Shown here one piece after another: positions 35,690-49,314 of a DNA stretch of 64,000 bases. A model generated the notes under the pieces. It had not been told where the DNA came from. It worked only from the letters and a program-made list of their open reading frames with translations, and did no database searches. The DNA is taken from NCBI GenBank assembly GCA_013239625.1, contig MU054187.1, positions 10,871,231 to 10,935,230 of the forward strand, given 5' to 3'. Source of the DNA: Lama guanicoe. Taxonomy: Eukaryota. A program made the translations under genes and the position numbers. How positions within the stretch are numbered: the stretch's first letter is position 1; the number at the start of each line of letters is the position of its first letter.

Positions 35690-38600
35690 ATCTCTTTTAG
35701 AGCTTACAATGTACCAAACTCAATCTAAGCTAGGATTCAGGGACATAAAAATATGAAAAATAAAATTCTTATCTTTAAGACACTTGGAGTATGTTGGCAG
35801 ACATCTAGACAAACAGTTAAAATATGGTAAAGTAAATACTGCAGTAAAGATTTGCTTAGGTGCTAAGACTTCTGGAAGGAAAACTTCCAAAAAAGGAGAA
35901 TCTGTAATTAAAAGCTAGAATTAAGCCAAATTGTAAAAGAGGAGAAAGTAAATTCTGCCATAGATAATTATATAATGACACAGAGGCTTAATCAAATATC
36001 TGCACAGAAGTAAAAGCAGTTTGGAGTTTATGGAGTGTAATATCCATAAAATATCCAGGAAGTGGAGCTGCAGAGACACGTAAGGTTGTGCAATAGTGAG
36101 ACTCAAATGACTTGCTAAGGAAACCATAACTCCTTTTGCATGTGATGAGAAGACAATAAAAATGGTAGTTCTTAAGCACTTTTGAGCCAAGGATTATTTT
36201 GAGAATCTGGTTGAAGTTATTGTCTCCCAGTACAAAAAAAAAAAAAGCCCATCCACCAAAACCTTTTTATTCCATTTATTGTGAATTATTGTGATTCCCC
36301 TGAAACCTGTCTATGAGCCCTCTAAGCATACTCATTTTAAAATCTCTAGCACTAAAGTATTTAAAGCATGAGAGTAACAAAGCATGAGGATTTATTTTGA
36401 ACATTCTGGTAGCCATATGGAAAAATGGATTTTTGAAAGACGAGTGTATCCTCTGTGTGAATATCAGCAAGGAAACTATATAATAATCCGAGCAAGTCAA
36501 GATGAGCAGCACAATTATAGTAGCAGTATATGAAGTGATGGAGTCAAGAAATCTCTTCAAGAAGTGTAATTAACATGACTGGGGTGGATTAGCCATGTGT
36601 AATGCAAGGCAGGCTATGATGATGAGTTTGCTTTGGACAAGTTGCTTTTAAGATGCTAATGGTGCATCCAGGTGAAATATCCTGCAAGAATTTGGGTACA
36701 TCAATCTTGCGCTGAGAACTCAGGCTAAAGATTTGAAAAACCTCAACCTACATGTAGTTAAAACCATAAGAGTCGGACGAGCTGATTCAGGGAGATGATA
36801 CAGAATGGGAAAAGTGTGCCTACAAAGTACAGTTGAAAGTAAAATAAAAATAAGATCTGAAAAGTTTCCATTGTATGTGGTCAGGCAGTCTTAGTATAAG
36901 CAGTCACCTCAGAATGGTAGTGGCACAAACCAAATTAAAATAGGCTGAAGGGTGAATTGACACTGTGGAAGCAAAGGCATTGACAGAGAGTTAATATCTA
37001 AAATAAGGAGCTTATACAACCTAATGTCAAAAAAACAAACAACTAGATTAAAGAAACAGGCAGAGGACTTGAATAGATTTTTTTTTTCAAAGAAGACATA
37101 CAGATGGCCAACAGGCACATGAAAAGATGCTCATCAATAACCATCAGGGAAATGCAAATCAAAACCCCAATGAGATATTACTTCACATCTGTCAGAATGG
37201 CAATTATCAAAAAGACAAAAAATAACAAGTGTTGACAAGGATGTAGAGAAAAGGGAACCCTCATGCATTGTTGGTGGGAATGTAAATTGGTACAGCTGCT
37301 ATGGAATACAGTATGGACGGTCTTCAAAAAATTAAAAATAGAACTACCATGTATTCCAGCAATTTCACTTCTGAGTACAAAAACACTAACTCAAAAAGAT
37401 ACATGCATATGCACGTATATGTTCATTGAAGCATTATTTACAATAACCTACATTTGGAAACAGCCCACGTGTCCATCAATAGATGAGTGGATAAAGGATG
37501 AATGGAATATTACTCAGCTCTAAAAAGAATGAAATCTTTCCATTTGTGACAACATGGGTAGACCTAGAGGGCATTATGCTAAGTGAAATAAGTCAGACAG
37601 AGAAAGACAGTTATCACACGATTTCACTTTTTGTGGAATCTAACAAAGCAAAGGAACAAGTAAAACAAAACAGAAACAGAGTCATAGAAAGAACAAACTC
37701 CTGATTGCTAGAGGGGAGCGAGCATGAGGGGCTGCCAAAATAGGTGAAAGATTAAGGGATACCAACTTCCAGTTATAAAATAAGTAGATCCTGGGGCTGT
37801 AATGGACGGCACAGGCAGTACAGTCAGTAATATGGGAGTAACTGTGCATGATGACAGATGGTAGCTAGACTTATCATGGTGACCATTTCAGAGTGTGTAC
37901 AAATATCAGATCACTATGATGTACACCTGAAACCAATATGATCTCTTATATCATACTTCAATTAAAGAAAGACATTGATGGAAGAATTTTTAGGGAGCCT
38001 GGCTCAAAGAAGAATGAGCTAGAAAAAGCAACATGTAGATGTATTAGATAATTATGGGAGGAATTTTGTTTGTTTTTTTAAGGCTGAAAGAGAAGTGAAG
38101 CTTATTTCTGTGCTGTGGGACGTGAACAGTCGAGATGAACAGAATGAATAGTGGTGGATAAATATTATAAGGTGCAAGAGGGAGACGAGATGATGGGATC
38201 CAGATCACCAGCCTAATAGATGGTTTAAGCCTTAGACAGGAGACACAGCCTCTCACCCTCTGCGAATTGGAAAGGGGGTGAATAGAGGTGGAGGTGAAGA
38301 CAATACCACAGGTGCTGTGTGAGGGGGGGGTGGAAGGTCTTTGTTCCTGATTACATACTTTTTCTGAATGACATAGAAGAGAGGTGATATTTTTGAAGAC
38401 TTTGCAAGGAATAGAAGAAAGAATAACAACCAAGAAGCCCAAGTTTGAAGTTGGAGACCTTTCGTTTGTCCTCACCAGTCCTAGAGTGTCATGATTTTCA
38501 CCGGTGTTTTTCAGCTGCACGTGCAGGAGAAGAATGCATTAATTCAGGGTTCAGGTCTGGTTGGCAGTAGTGCCAGAAGGATGTGGGCACTTGGGAGCTG

Positions 38601-39190
38601 AGGAGGCAACAAGCCCCAGCCGAGTAGGGCAGGAAGGGAATCAGGAAAGGAGTAAAACCTGGGAGAAAAATCAAGGAAAATGGAAATCTATCTTTGATGG
38701 AAGAGAAACTGATTTTGTGAAAGAGCCTAAAGGAGGTGAGTTTACTGTCAGAGAACAGAACCTGGGAGTCAAAGGTTCCTGACACGGAGCAGTTGAGTTA
38801 CTGTCCTTGGGTTAGGGAAGGTGAAATGAAAGTGAAGATCTCCAGATTTGAGATTGAGTGATTTTGGATACACACAAACACAAAAATCATCCAAGATAAT
38901 CGTGACACTTGAGTTGAAGAAGAAAAATTTGAGCTGATCAAAGTCTTCACAGGCAGAATATAAAAAAAGGTTAATATTTATAATCCTGTGTTATCTGAAG
39001 CTGAGAGGTTCGAAATCCTCCTTTGGAGAGGAGGTACTATAATATTCTTAGAAGAAAAAGGAAAGCCATATTCTTAGAAGAGAAAGGGGCTTCAATTATG
39101 ACAAAGGAGGAGCAAGAAACATTTTGTTTAGGGGCTAAGAATATAGAAGAGTGTTTCCTATGGAAGGGGAGTTTTAGAAAGCAAAGAGAA
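35690..39190 (-). mobile_element. Fragmented L2, interrupted by a Charlie4z-like MITE (~36165-36325) and an L1 (36984-37967)
   Basis: Purine-rich L2 reverse-strand blocks (gatgatgagtttgctttggaca, catccaggtgaaatatcc, gttaaaaccataagagt) continue on both sides of the L1. Confidence 0.6.
36984..37967 (+). mobile_element. 5'-truncated L1 (L1MA-like) with TSD
   Basis: ORF2 tail [13 protein letters not shown], 3' end tgtacacctgaaacca...tacttcaattaaa. TSD aaaggcattga (36973-36983) and aaagacattga (37968-37978). Confidence 0.9.
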
Positions 39191-41112
39191 ATGAGAGTAT
39201 GAGTAAAACTCTTGTAGTGCTAAAAAAAGGTGATTTAACTTTTATTAAGACTGCATTTCCTGGACTTGCCCACACAACCCTTGTTTGCACAGTGCCTATT
39301 AACCTCTTACAGAAGTGGTGCTGTGTGGATTACAGCTCAGGAAACGTTGGCAGAGCGTTCAAGGATTGCAGGGCTGAGCATTCCAGTGGAGCTGGTGCCA
39401 AGTCATGGTGAATTCAGCTCTTAAGGTACCTGGAGGGCACTGTTTGCACAAAGATGAGCCAGCCCCAAGGCCACCCAATTTGTTGGTTGTTTTTATGGCC
39501 ATTTGTCTTTTCAACCAAATTGAGAACTTCGTGAACTCAACTACCGTTGTGATTTCTTTACATCTCCTCAACGTTTGGGTTATTATTGAGCATATTGATA
39601 AATGCTAAATAAATATTTCTTTTTTTTGAAGCTTGCAATGAGGAAAATAAGTTACAACTTAGTTTTGATTTCTTACTTCATTCTATCTTTGTTGAAGATT
39701 TATTTTCTATTTAATTTTTTAACCTAATGTTAAATACCCCAATGTGTTGGAGCTCATTGTCAATTTTTAATAATAATTTTGACTTATACCTTTCACTGTC
39801 TTATCTATCTATATACTTTCTCTCTTTGGTAATTTTGATGAAATGGTCTTAGACAAAGAAAACCCCAAAAAGAATATTTGATGTTGCTGATTAGTGATGT
39901 ACTTACCCTAACTGTTAAAAGTAAACAAATTAAAAAGAAATACCTGGGCAGATTTGAGAACTATGTAGCTAAATCAGTCACTTAAAAGTGATGGGCTTTT
40001 TTTTTAAGAGTAAAATTTTAAAATTTAACTTAAAGTAAAAGATTTTTGACCAGAAAGTTTTATGACTGTCAGAAAATTACTTGAGAATTATTTAATTAGC
40101 TTATATAATACAGTAAATATAGTTTTGTATATAGAAGATAATGAGTATAAATGTATACCATATACAGAAATGTACAAAATTTATTATTATAGAATAAAAG
40201 TAAACATATAATGTACAATGTTTATCATTCTACAAAAAGTAAAGAGAGAGTCATGTATATATGCTTGAATATGTGTAAGTCAAGTGCAAATTGTTACTGG
40301 ATTCCACTGTGGCATATAAAAGCAAAGACGTAAAACAGTTGCAAATTTAAGGGCACTGATAGAAACTTCCAGTTTCTGGATTGTTTGATATACTTTCCCC
40401 CAACACTGACAGAGTTTATTCTGCTGCCCTTAGAAAAGAGTCCCAGGGTTTATTGAGCTCTCCCTCCTGTGATGGAGTGGCTTCACAGAATAACCTAAAC
40501 CTAGCCGGCCTGACTGGATGCTAGTTTCACTACAGAGGTGAGGATACAGAAGCTCAGAAATCTACCATCATAAAAGTACCCACGCAGTCTTCCTCTCCTG
40601 AAGGAGGCCCAGTGTCTCCGAGAATAAACCCTGGGCAGTTACACAGATTGAGACGAATCTTAACCCGCAGGCCTTTAAGCTCAGGTTTGGTTGATGGGAG
40701 AAATGTGTTTGGTAAACCTCTGTGTAACCATGGAAACCCTCTCGTGCCCCTGGACCCAGATGCCAGGCGAGCCCACTGTGTTCGATGCTTCCTTTTCTTC
40801 CACTCACTTCCCCATTGTGGTTTCAGTGAAAACATTTGCTTGTAAACCTTCGGTCAGGCTAAGGAGAAAAGCAGGTTCTACGTAGACCAACCTTCCCATG
40901 CATGCAGGAGAAAAGATGAAAGACTTTTCCTTAAAGGTTAGAAAAGCCACAAGACTCTTACGAGAGGTTTCAGTAAAGCTTTGTTTCTACCTGGAAGAAG
41001 CATGTCTGATTCTAGAGTTTAGAAGTTCCTAGTCATGTCCCCAATAGAATGTGGTTCACATATCACAATCCACCGTTCTTTGAGGTTTCAGTGACCATTT
41101 TTAATCATTTAG

Positions 41113-41198
41113 GCTTCAAGGAGACAGCCTGGCAGAAAGGACGGAAGAGACCTCACAAATCCTTCATTCTCCAGATGAAATAATCCCAGATTCTTTGG
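41113..41198 (+). CDS. C8orf34: C8orf34 internal coding exon, 86 nt, phase 2 to 1
   Basis: Acceptor tttttaatcatttag, donor g|gtaagt. Encodes (R)[28 protein letters not shown](D), versus recalled human [30 protein letters not shown]. Phase matches both neighbouring exons. Confidence 0.93.
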
Positions 41199-41499
41199 GT
41201 AAGTTTGAAATCCAGCAATGTATATTGTAATTTTAGTGGCACTTAAAGATTGAAAGAAAAACCAAACACCTTCCCCTGCACCACATCACCGCAGCTGCCA
41301 GTCAGACGGCAGCTGTGCCACCACTCCTCAGGCTGTGTGTGTCCGGAGGTCAGGGGCTGAGGAGAGAAGGAAGCCCCCATTGCCTGTGCCTGTCGGAGCT
41401 GTAAACGGGTCAGCTATGTGTTGGCTGCTCCTGAAGTTTTGTCATTAATTCCAGCTTGGTTTTGAAACTTACATCAGCTCCTCCCGTTCTCACTTCATG

Positions 41500-41865
41500 G
41501 AGCCTTTGTCTTCCCGGCAGAAATGTCAATATCGTCCTTGATTTTCCTCCTCCTCTCTCAGCCCTGTATTAAATCCGTCTCAAGTCATGTCATTGTCGCT
41601 CCAGAATTACCCCTCTAAGCCAGCCTCCTCTTCGTTTTCCCTGAGACTGCCTACTCTGTGCTTTTGTCCTCTTCCTCTGTCTAGTGCAACCACTCTGTAA
41701 ATAGATTCTCCTTGTATTACCTCACCCCTTTTGGTTCATTATCTTTCTGAAAATAAAGCTGCTATTTCTTCCCCATTTTCTATAGGACAAAACTCAAACT
41801 CTTTGGCTTAGCATATTAAGTGCATGTCAGGGCACTTCAGAAATGTTTGCTGAGTAAATAAATGA
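41500..41865 (+). mobile_element. L2 3' fragment
   Basis: Pyrimidine-rich L2 body ending gcacttcagaaatgtttgctgagtaaataaatg. Confidence 0.55.
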
Positions 41866-41989
41866 TTACATGTAATGGCACTACAATGGCACCTAAGGTA
41901 CATTGCTGTTTCATCTTTCCGTGGTCTAGCAGGAAGCAGCTGGTGTATCCAATTGGGTTAATTAGAAGAGAAACCACAGGAAGCCATTT

Positions 41990-43172
41990 TTCTTATATCT
42001 GAATAGAGAAAGACTTCTTAAACAAGATGCAAAAAATCCTGAACAGAAAAAAAAAATCAAAAAATTCAACTGTAACGTGTTAAGAATTCTTGTTTCTCAA
42101 AAGATGCCAGAAAAATGTGAGTTGATAAACTACAGAATAGGAAAGTGTATTTGAATATATTGTCGCTAATCAAAGATTAATGTTCAGAATACATAAAGTA
42201 CATCCATAATTTAATAAAGATCAGCAGAAAAATAAGCAACAGATATAAATAGACATTTCACAGAAGAGGAAACACAAATGACCAGTGAACATATGAAAAA
42301 TGTTTACTCTAGTCGTCAAAGAAAAGCAAGTTAAGGTAACAGAGAGATGCTGTTTTACAACCTTTTATTTGACATTAATTAAGAAATCTGGCAAAACCAA
42401 GTGCTGGTGAAGAGAGAAACGAAAAGAAACTCATACACTACAGTTGGGGCATAAACGACTGTGGAAAATCTTGAGTCAAGCCCAGAAACTCCTCTTCTGG
42501 GTAAATGTCTTAGAGGAAACAAGTCCCATGTACCATAAAATGAAGCAAACTTTGTTAGTAAGCTGGGGAACAGGAAAAGTGGATAAATTGTAAAATTATT
42601 ACATTGTAGGAAACTGAATGCATTTCCATACACAGGGTGGATGAAATCAGTGATGTGCTTGTAAATGTTAACTGTTTCATTGAAAAAAAAAAAAGCCTTG
42701 AGTTGTAGAGATTGATGTTTTCCATTATATAAATGCAGTTATAGAAATATGACATAATATAAATGCTGATTTCAAGCAACCAATCTGAAATGTACTTGGG
42801 TCTCCCAATCTGGTACCAGGAAGTTGCAGCCCACAAGTGAATGAGTCTTAAAAGCATAATATTAATTGAACAAAAGCAAGTCATAGAATGTCATTTTTGT
42901 AAAGCTCAAAACTAGCAAATCTAAATAATGTTTTCCTTAGGAAAACATACATAAGTGATACAACTGTATTTAAAGAAGGGAGTGAAAGACTCAAAATGGT
43001 GGTTATCCTCAGAGGATGGGGGAGCAAGGAAAAGTGAAATGATGGGGTTTGGGGTGTTTACCATTGTGCTTTGTAATTTAAATGTAGTATACATTATTGC
43101 ACACATATACTTTACATATACTTTTTTATATGTCAAATATTAAAAACATTATAAATAAACATTAAAAAATAA
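41990..43172 (+). mobile_element. Old L1 (L1ME-like) fragments
   Basis: atagacatttcacagaagaggaaacacaaatgacca, then a 3' UTR with atgagtcttaaaagcataatattaattgaacaaaagcaagtca. Confidence 0.8.
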
Positions 43173-46100
43173 AGTGTTGTGAGAACATACACCAATGCCA
43201 ATGTAGAAAAATACTAAAAAAAAAAGGCGGGGTGATAGTTACTATATACTTAAATCTCTCAGAGTACTGATGAGATGAAACACTCTCATGACAGAACTTT
43301 ACCACTGACAGTGAACATTGAGCAGTGTGTCACCAGCAACACAGGTGCCCCAGGCTGGCCACTCAGTGACACTCAGTTGGCCTTTGGAGTCAGCCTGGCT
43401 TCTCCTCACTGACATTCGTGCATATGTATACCTTTATTTAAGCCGTTCTTCTCTGACTGATAGTAAGTCTTTCTCTTTCCCTCTGCCTGTTCAGATCCTA
43501 TATCATAAGATCATGTCAGGTCTCCCTAATGTCCAGCCCACACCAACGTTTTCTTCTTTTTCAGTCCCTAATTGTTTTTGAATTACTTCTTGCGTGTTCT
43601 TCTTGTCTCAATCAGACTATATGCTTCTCGAGGTTTTCTTGCGTTCTCCACTATGCCCAACATAAAATGAGACACAAAACAGGAATTATCTCACTACTGG
43701 CCCATTCTCTATACTTTTTAATTCCATCAAAACCACTCCAGTCCACCAGTCTGCAGATATATATTCTTCAGCAACCACGTCTACATGGTAACTGTAAATT
43801 TTTAGAAAACTAAACAAGGCATCAGTAATATGTTGTTGATTATAGTTACTTACGTTCACTGGGTAAAAAAGATATTCATTAAATTTAGGCTCCTTTCTTG
43901 AGCTGTTTGTAGCCTGCATTCTTTACATTCAGATATTAGTAGACCAAGCCAGCAAATTCCAAAATATGATTGTCTGGTTCAGTACATTCTTTTCCACTTA
44001 AATTAGTCAAATCACTAGAGCCAAAAGTGCTAACGTGATTTCTATGTCAACGGTGTGTCCACAGTGAGCTTGGCTCAACAAACATAGATATCTCTATGAG
44101 CAGGTGGGATATTTGTGCTTAAAAAACCCTGTTGTGACACAAAGAGCAGAAGTAAAAATAATGACAGGAAGACATTAAATGAAGTCAAACATCATGACAG
44201 GCGCTATGATTCTCCAGGCTCCTGCCCAGTCAACCCAGAGGCAAAGTTTCCCGTCCAAGTGCTGACAGATACTGTTAGATTTGAACAAAATTATTTTATC
44301 TTTCCATGCTTCACTTTCTTCTTCTCTACATTGAGGAGATAAAATAAACTCTCTAATATTTGACAAATTTAGAGGCTCATTTTCCCCCTCTATGTGATTA
44401 AAAAAATCTCGAAGAATTCATTGCTGGTATTTTGAAAACCACTTATACTTAGAGAAGAAATTGCTCTGGAATAGACACAGCAAAGTACTTTACACATAGG
44501 CAGTCATTGGTAGTAAGCAGTGTACTCAGAACATGTAAAAAAGTGGAGTGTGCCCCTCCAAGCATTAAACACTGAGATTCTATTTTCATGATATCTACTG
44601 TCCCTACTGACTTGTTAGGTTGATATTCTATCACTAGATTTGGACTGGTTAGAAGGAGTCCTTTCAACTTAGCAACTTTTAATACAGTCAGATATGGGTA
44701 TTCGCAAATATTCTGTCTGGTGCACTTCACAGTTGTCCCTTTACGCAGAGCCGAATGGACCTCACAATACTGTGGATCTCACCAGTAACCAGAGAGAATT
44801 CAGCCGAAGCAGGAACAGAACAGAATGTAAAATCATCGAAAGTTACTAGTACCTTCCCTTTACAGATACTCATTTTTATTAAAAAAATTAATACTGTAAA
44901 GATGCTCAAGTATATTCTGAGAGCCACAGAAAATTATTTTGCTCAACTGGTTTTGAAAGCACATAGTTGAGTGCCTGGCATATAGTATTTAGTGAGTAAA
45001 TGAATATACAAATATACAAATAAATGGATAAATGAATTGATTAATGCACATCTGCTTAAAATAAACAAACAGAACGACAATACCTCTTTAAAACCATTAA
45101 CTGTTCATTGAGAGGAACTTGAGAAGTCACTTACTGTATAGTATTTCTAACTATGAAAAACAGCAAATGCACAAGAGGGTGTTTTTTCTTCTGTATGTGA
45201 AATAATTTGCTTTGTAATGTGGAACATTCTAATATTATTTATTGACAATATTCTACACAAATAAAATTTTTGACACAAGTAAAATAGAAAAAATACCGAG
45301 TGAATGCTAAAATTACAGTAATATTTGCTTACAGTTCTGCAGAATATAAATCTTGGAGGACTTAAATTATGTTAATTTATACAATCTAATTTAAAAAATC
45401 TATTGTCACATTTACAATGGCGTTTTAACAGATGGGGGTTCAAGTTTCCTTCATAAATGGGTTAACATTTTTAACTTGGTATAATTCTCATCATCTATCC
45501 TGATTTTTTTTCTTCTTGAATGTAAGATTCTGAATTATCCACAATACAAAAACCTCCATGATTTAAAAGCTATGATTATGGATTCGTGCTAAGCTTTCCA
45601 TTGTCTCTCTAGAGTTGAGTAGCCATTAAGGACCAAGAGAATTTAAGGCTCTGATTTTCTTCCCAGAGCACACATTTTATGCAACAGAAAAAAAAAATCT
45701 GTCTCCATGTATATGTGAATCTGAAGGAAAGTCTTCTTTGAGGATGCATATGGCTCGTTAGAATATTAGTAAATATAAGAAATCAATTTTTAGTTTCCAA
45801 TGGTTTAAACTACCTTCATCTTAACTGATTTTTTTATTTGACTGGAAGGTATTAAAACACAGACTATTTCTAGATGTTCCATCTATCTATCTTTATTGAA
45901 GGATTCTTCATAGCCTGTAGAAATCTGTTGCCATGATTAATTTAACTCAGCAGGCATATGGAGAGGGCTGCCATCATTTTATTCACATATTTAAAACTCA
46001 CTATTCACCCACTTATTGATCTATTCAAGAGGATAATCACAACTTCTTGCTTAATACACGAAAATGGAAAATGTGCCACCATTTAACATGTACCCTTCTC

Positions 46101-46538
46101 CAAACTTCTCAGAATTTTTCATCCTGTTTAAAAGATAGAACACAAATTGGTATTTAAATGGTGTAGCCAAAAATTTTTTTTTAAAAACCAAACAATTGAT
46201 GCCTAAAACAATACAAAATTACAAGACAGAAAAAAGGACATGAAATTTCCAACAGTTACCTAATATGCCAAAAGAAGTGTTGCTTAGACTAAGATGCCTG
46301 CAGCTTTTGCACACTCCTGACGTCACTGTGCCCTTGTAAATTAAAACTACCTAATGTTTTCCAACATTGTCTTTAAGTGAAATAAGTAACACTCTACACT
46401 CTATTTTAAATCACAAACACTATGATTTTTCAATACCCAGTTCAGTCACTTTAAAATGCTTCTCATAATAGGTTTATATGTCAGAGAGTTAGTAAGCAGT
46501 ATGTGACTATAATTTATTCATTCTTTTTGTGAAAATAG

Positions 46539-46615
46539 ATTCCTTACCTGGGACTGAAGAAGCAGTAATGGAAGAGGCTGAAGAATTTGAGACAGCATCT
46601 AAGTTAACAGGGCCT
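46539..46615 (+). CDS. C8orf34: C8orf34 internal coding exon, 77 nt, phase 1 to 0
   Basis: Acceptor ttctttttgtgaaaatag, donor cct|gtaagt. Encodes (D)[25 protein letters not shown], versus recalled human [26 protein letters not shown]. Confidence 0.93.
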
Positions 46616-47289
46616 GTAAGTATATTCATTTATTGATTTTTTATCTCTAAAACTAATGTGTATCACTAATCGGAACATTTACAAGGAATAGAAAGAAATA
46701 GGGAACAACATTATTTAAATTCAAGAATATTTTAAAATGTGCAGCTTAGTATATCCCACACAGCCATGCAGTTGCTCGTATCAGTAGGTGGCCAGCTTGA
46801 TTACAGGTACAGAGCAAAGCTGGACTGAGCTCTTCCAGCAACTGCAGAAGAAGGTTTGAATGGGGCTGGAAAAGGTAAGTTCTGGTATTGCTAACTGTTT
46901 GATGGTGCACGTGCACATTCTAAAAGATGATGAGCTGCATCTTAAACCTCAACAAGTTTATGTGCATCGTGATAGAAAAAGAAATGTGTTGCATATCCTG
47001 ATAGTGTTCATATAACTTAAGCATGGTACTATTAGTTGTGAAGTACTTGTGATATTTTTGTTAAACGGTATCTCTTCCAAAGAGTATGTTGGGAGAAAAC
47101 CATTAGGTTTAAGATTTTTAGTACAATCTAATGTTGAAAGGAAAAACACAGAAAAACTGAAATCTATGTATAAATTCTAAATATAAAGTTTATGAAAGAT
47201 TCTGAGTTGCTGTAAAAACGACTGTGCAGTCTTGCAGTATCCTAAAGTCAATATTTAGACTGGGTCTGTGTGCTTCCGTACTCTGCTGC

Positions 47290-47500
47290 ATGTCCCATCT
47301 GAGACTTTTTTTTCAGCCAAAACACAATCAGTTCTTTCAACGAATTCTTACATTGTGTCATTTTCAAAGATTTCAGTCCCTCTGGATGATTTCTGTGAAT
47401 GTATTCGTGTTTGCCAAGCCCCCTGTAAAGTGTGGATTATGCCACAGCCAAGCCCAGGGTTCCAAATAATGTTCCCACATCAGAAAGTATAATGGGAAAT
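47290..47500 (-). mobile_element. L3/CR1 ORF2 C-terminal fragment
   Basis: The - strand HYLEPWAWLWHNPHF resembles CR1 PHLEYCVQFWxPHF. The DNA atgtcccatctgagactttt...cagttctttcaac fits the L3 reverse strand. Confidence 0.55.
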
Positions 47501-49314
47501 GTATTGATACAGATACTATATTTGGATTGTAATCTGGGTCTGTGTTAACTTTTTTTTTTAAGGAACTTTCTGCCATTTTTAAACTTCAGTATGTCTTCAT
47601 AATCTCATGATGATAAAAGCATGTCATCATTCTGTTTGGGATAATCTGCCCTTCATCGCTTTTTGCAAAGATTTGTTTTATCATCTGTGAATACCACCAA
47701 AGCCCATATGTCTTCCTCGTATCTCAAAGAATACCATTAGATTCTTTTTCTAATAATTTTCTAAAATCAAGATTTATCTTGTCCATAGTATTTGGCTTAC
47801 TTAACAATACCTAATAACACAAAGAGGGAGGGAAGAAAAGGAAATTAACTTCTGAGTGTTTTCAAACTGACCTTTGGAGATTTTTGCTTTCTTTTCATAG
47901 TATTCACATCGTGTTTTCCTAATGTCAAGATTTGTGCTAAGCCAATTTTACTTGTTTTTATGGATCATATTCACTAGATTTTGAATTCTTAAAAATTCTG
48001 TAATTCTATTTGAAGTCAAATTAACTATTTCATTTGGAGGGAAGTGTGTGGAATATTAACAATAAATGGATAAATAAGTTATTATCAGGACCTTGAACAT
48101 GGTTTCTATATGATAGCTGCTTTTATTATGAAGAAAACATGGATTTAAAAAATTATGTCAGACTGATGATATTTTAGATACAAATTCCCTGAATAATATT
48201 TCTTAGGATTGTATTTTTGGTAAATCAAAAAGAAAATTGTGGCTTTATCTAAATATTAATGGAGAATTGGAACAAAACAGAACTTTTTTTTCTTTATTAC
48301 TGTAAGAAATGCAAAATATTTCAAAGCAAATTTTGAGTCATATCCTGCAAAAATACAAACATGCCACAAATGTTGAAAGCCATTTAGAGGAGTTTCAACA
48401 CATACTGTCTCTATTTGCTAACTTTCCATGTTGGGTATTGGATATTAATAAGTGGGTAACAGACTCTTGGAAACTTTTTTTCCCCAGTGGCTTAACCTGT
48501 GTTTAAAATATTCTGTGAATATTTGAGTGAGGTAAAAGCAACGTTTAGGTTTACATTTTTATCCTCCCCCAAATAAGCAAATCATTCGTTTGGAATTTCC
48601 CTCCCCCCACCACCCTTCTGGGTTCTGGAATGTCTCTTAGTACGTCTACTTCCTGTGAAGGTCAGAGGAGGATTTGTCAGATAAGTCTGTTCATTACAAT
48701 CGAAACAACAAAAAGGAGATCTTAGGAAGAAAATACCAAGAAGCAGTTATTGAGCATCACCTTTTAGTTCCTAAATGTAGTATGCAAACTTTTTTAGACC
48801 AGTGATCCACAGACTTACTATCTTTTTTTAATTTCACAATTCCTATAGTTTCTTACTCTTCAAAATTTTTATTCTATTTTGAAAGTATTAAACAAGCATG
48901 TGAGCCTGATGGGAAGATGAAAAGACAATTAAGCAGACATGTAGCACTCAGTATCCTACTGACTGTTCTTCTTTCTCCTTTGTGAATTTCTGATTTCCTT
49001 GGTCAGTACTGACTAGCCCATCATAAGCTGACTCCTATAATATTCCATGTAAGTGGTCATCATTTCTTAAAGTAGAAGAGAACTGAAAAGGACTCGTGTA
49101 GGGAAAGATTTCTTAAAATTCCTAGAAGCTACTAAAAGTTTTATTATAGCACATTTTCGTTCTGAAGAGTCATAGCTGTTTGAGGAGAAACATAAAACTA
49201 ACTGGAATGGTAGTAGTAATGCCAGTAATACCACATATTTGTGAAGCACGTCTTAATTGTTAAGCATTTTCATATACTTAAAATCAATTGTGGGTTTTTT
49301 GGCAAGTCCTATGA

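Noticed and set aside
38044..38520. 158-aa ORF, the longest in the track
   Set aside because: It lies in L2-derived sequence, has a non-ATG start and shows no recognisable domain.
46548..46613. Apparent 66-nt minus-strand exon (GPVNLDAVSNSSASSITASSVP)
   Set aside because: It is the antisense shadow of the + strand C8orf34 exon and lacks a polypyrimidine tract.
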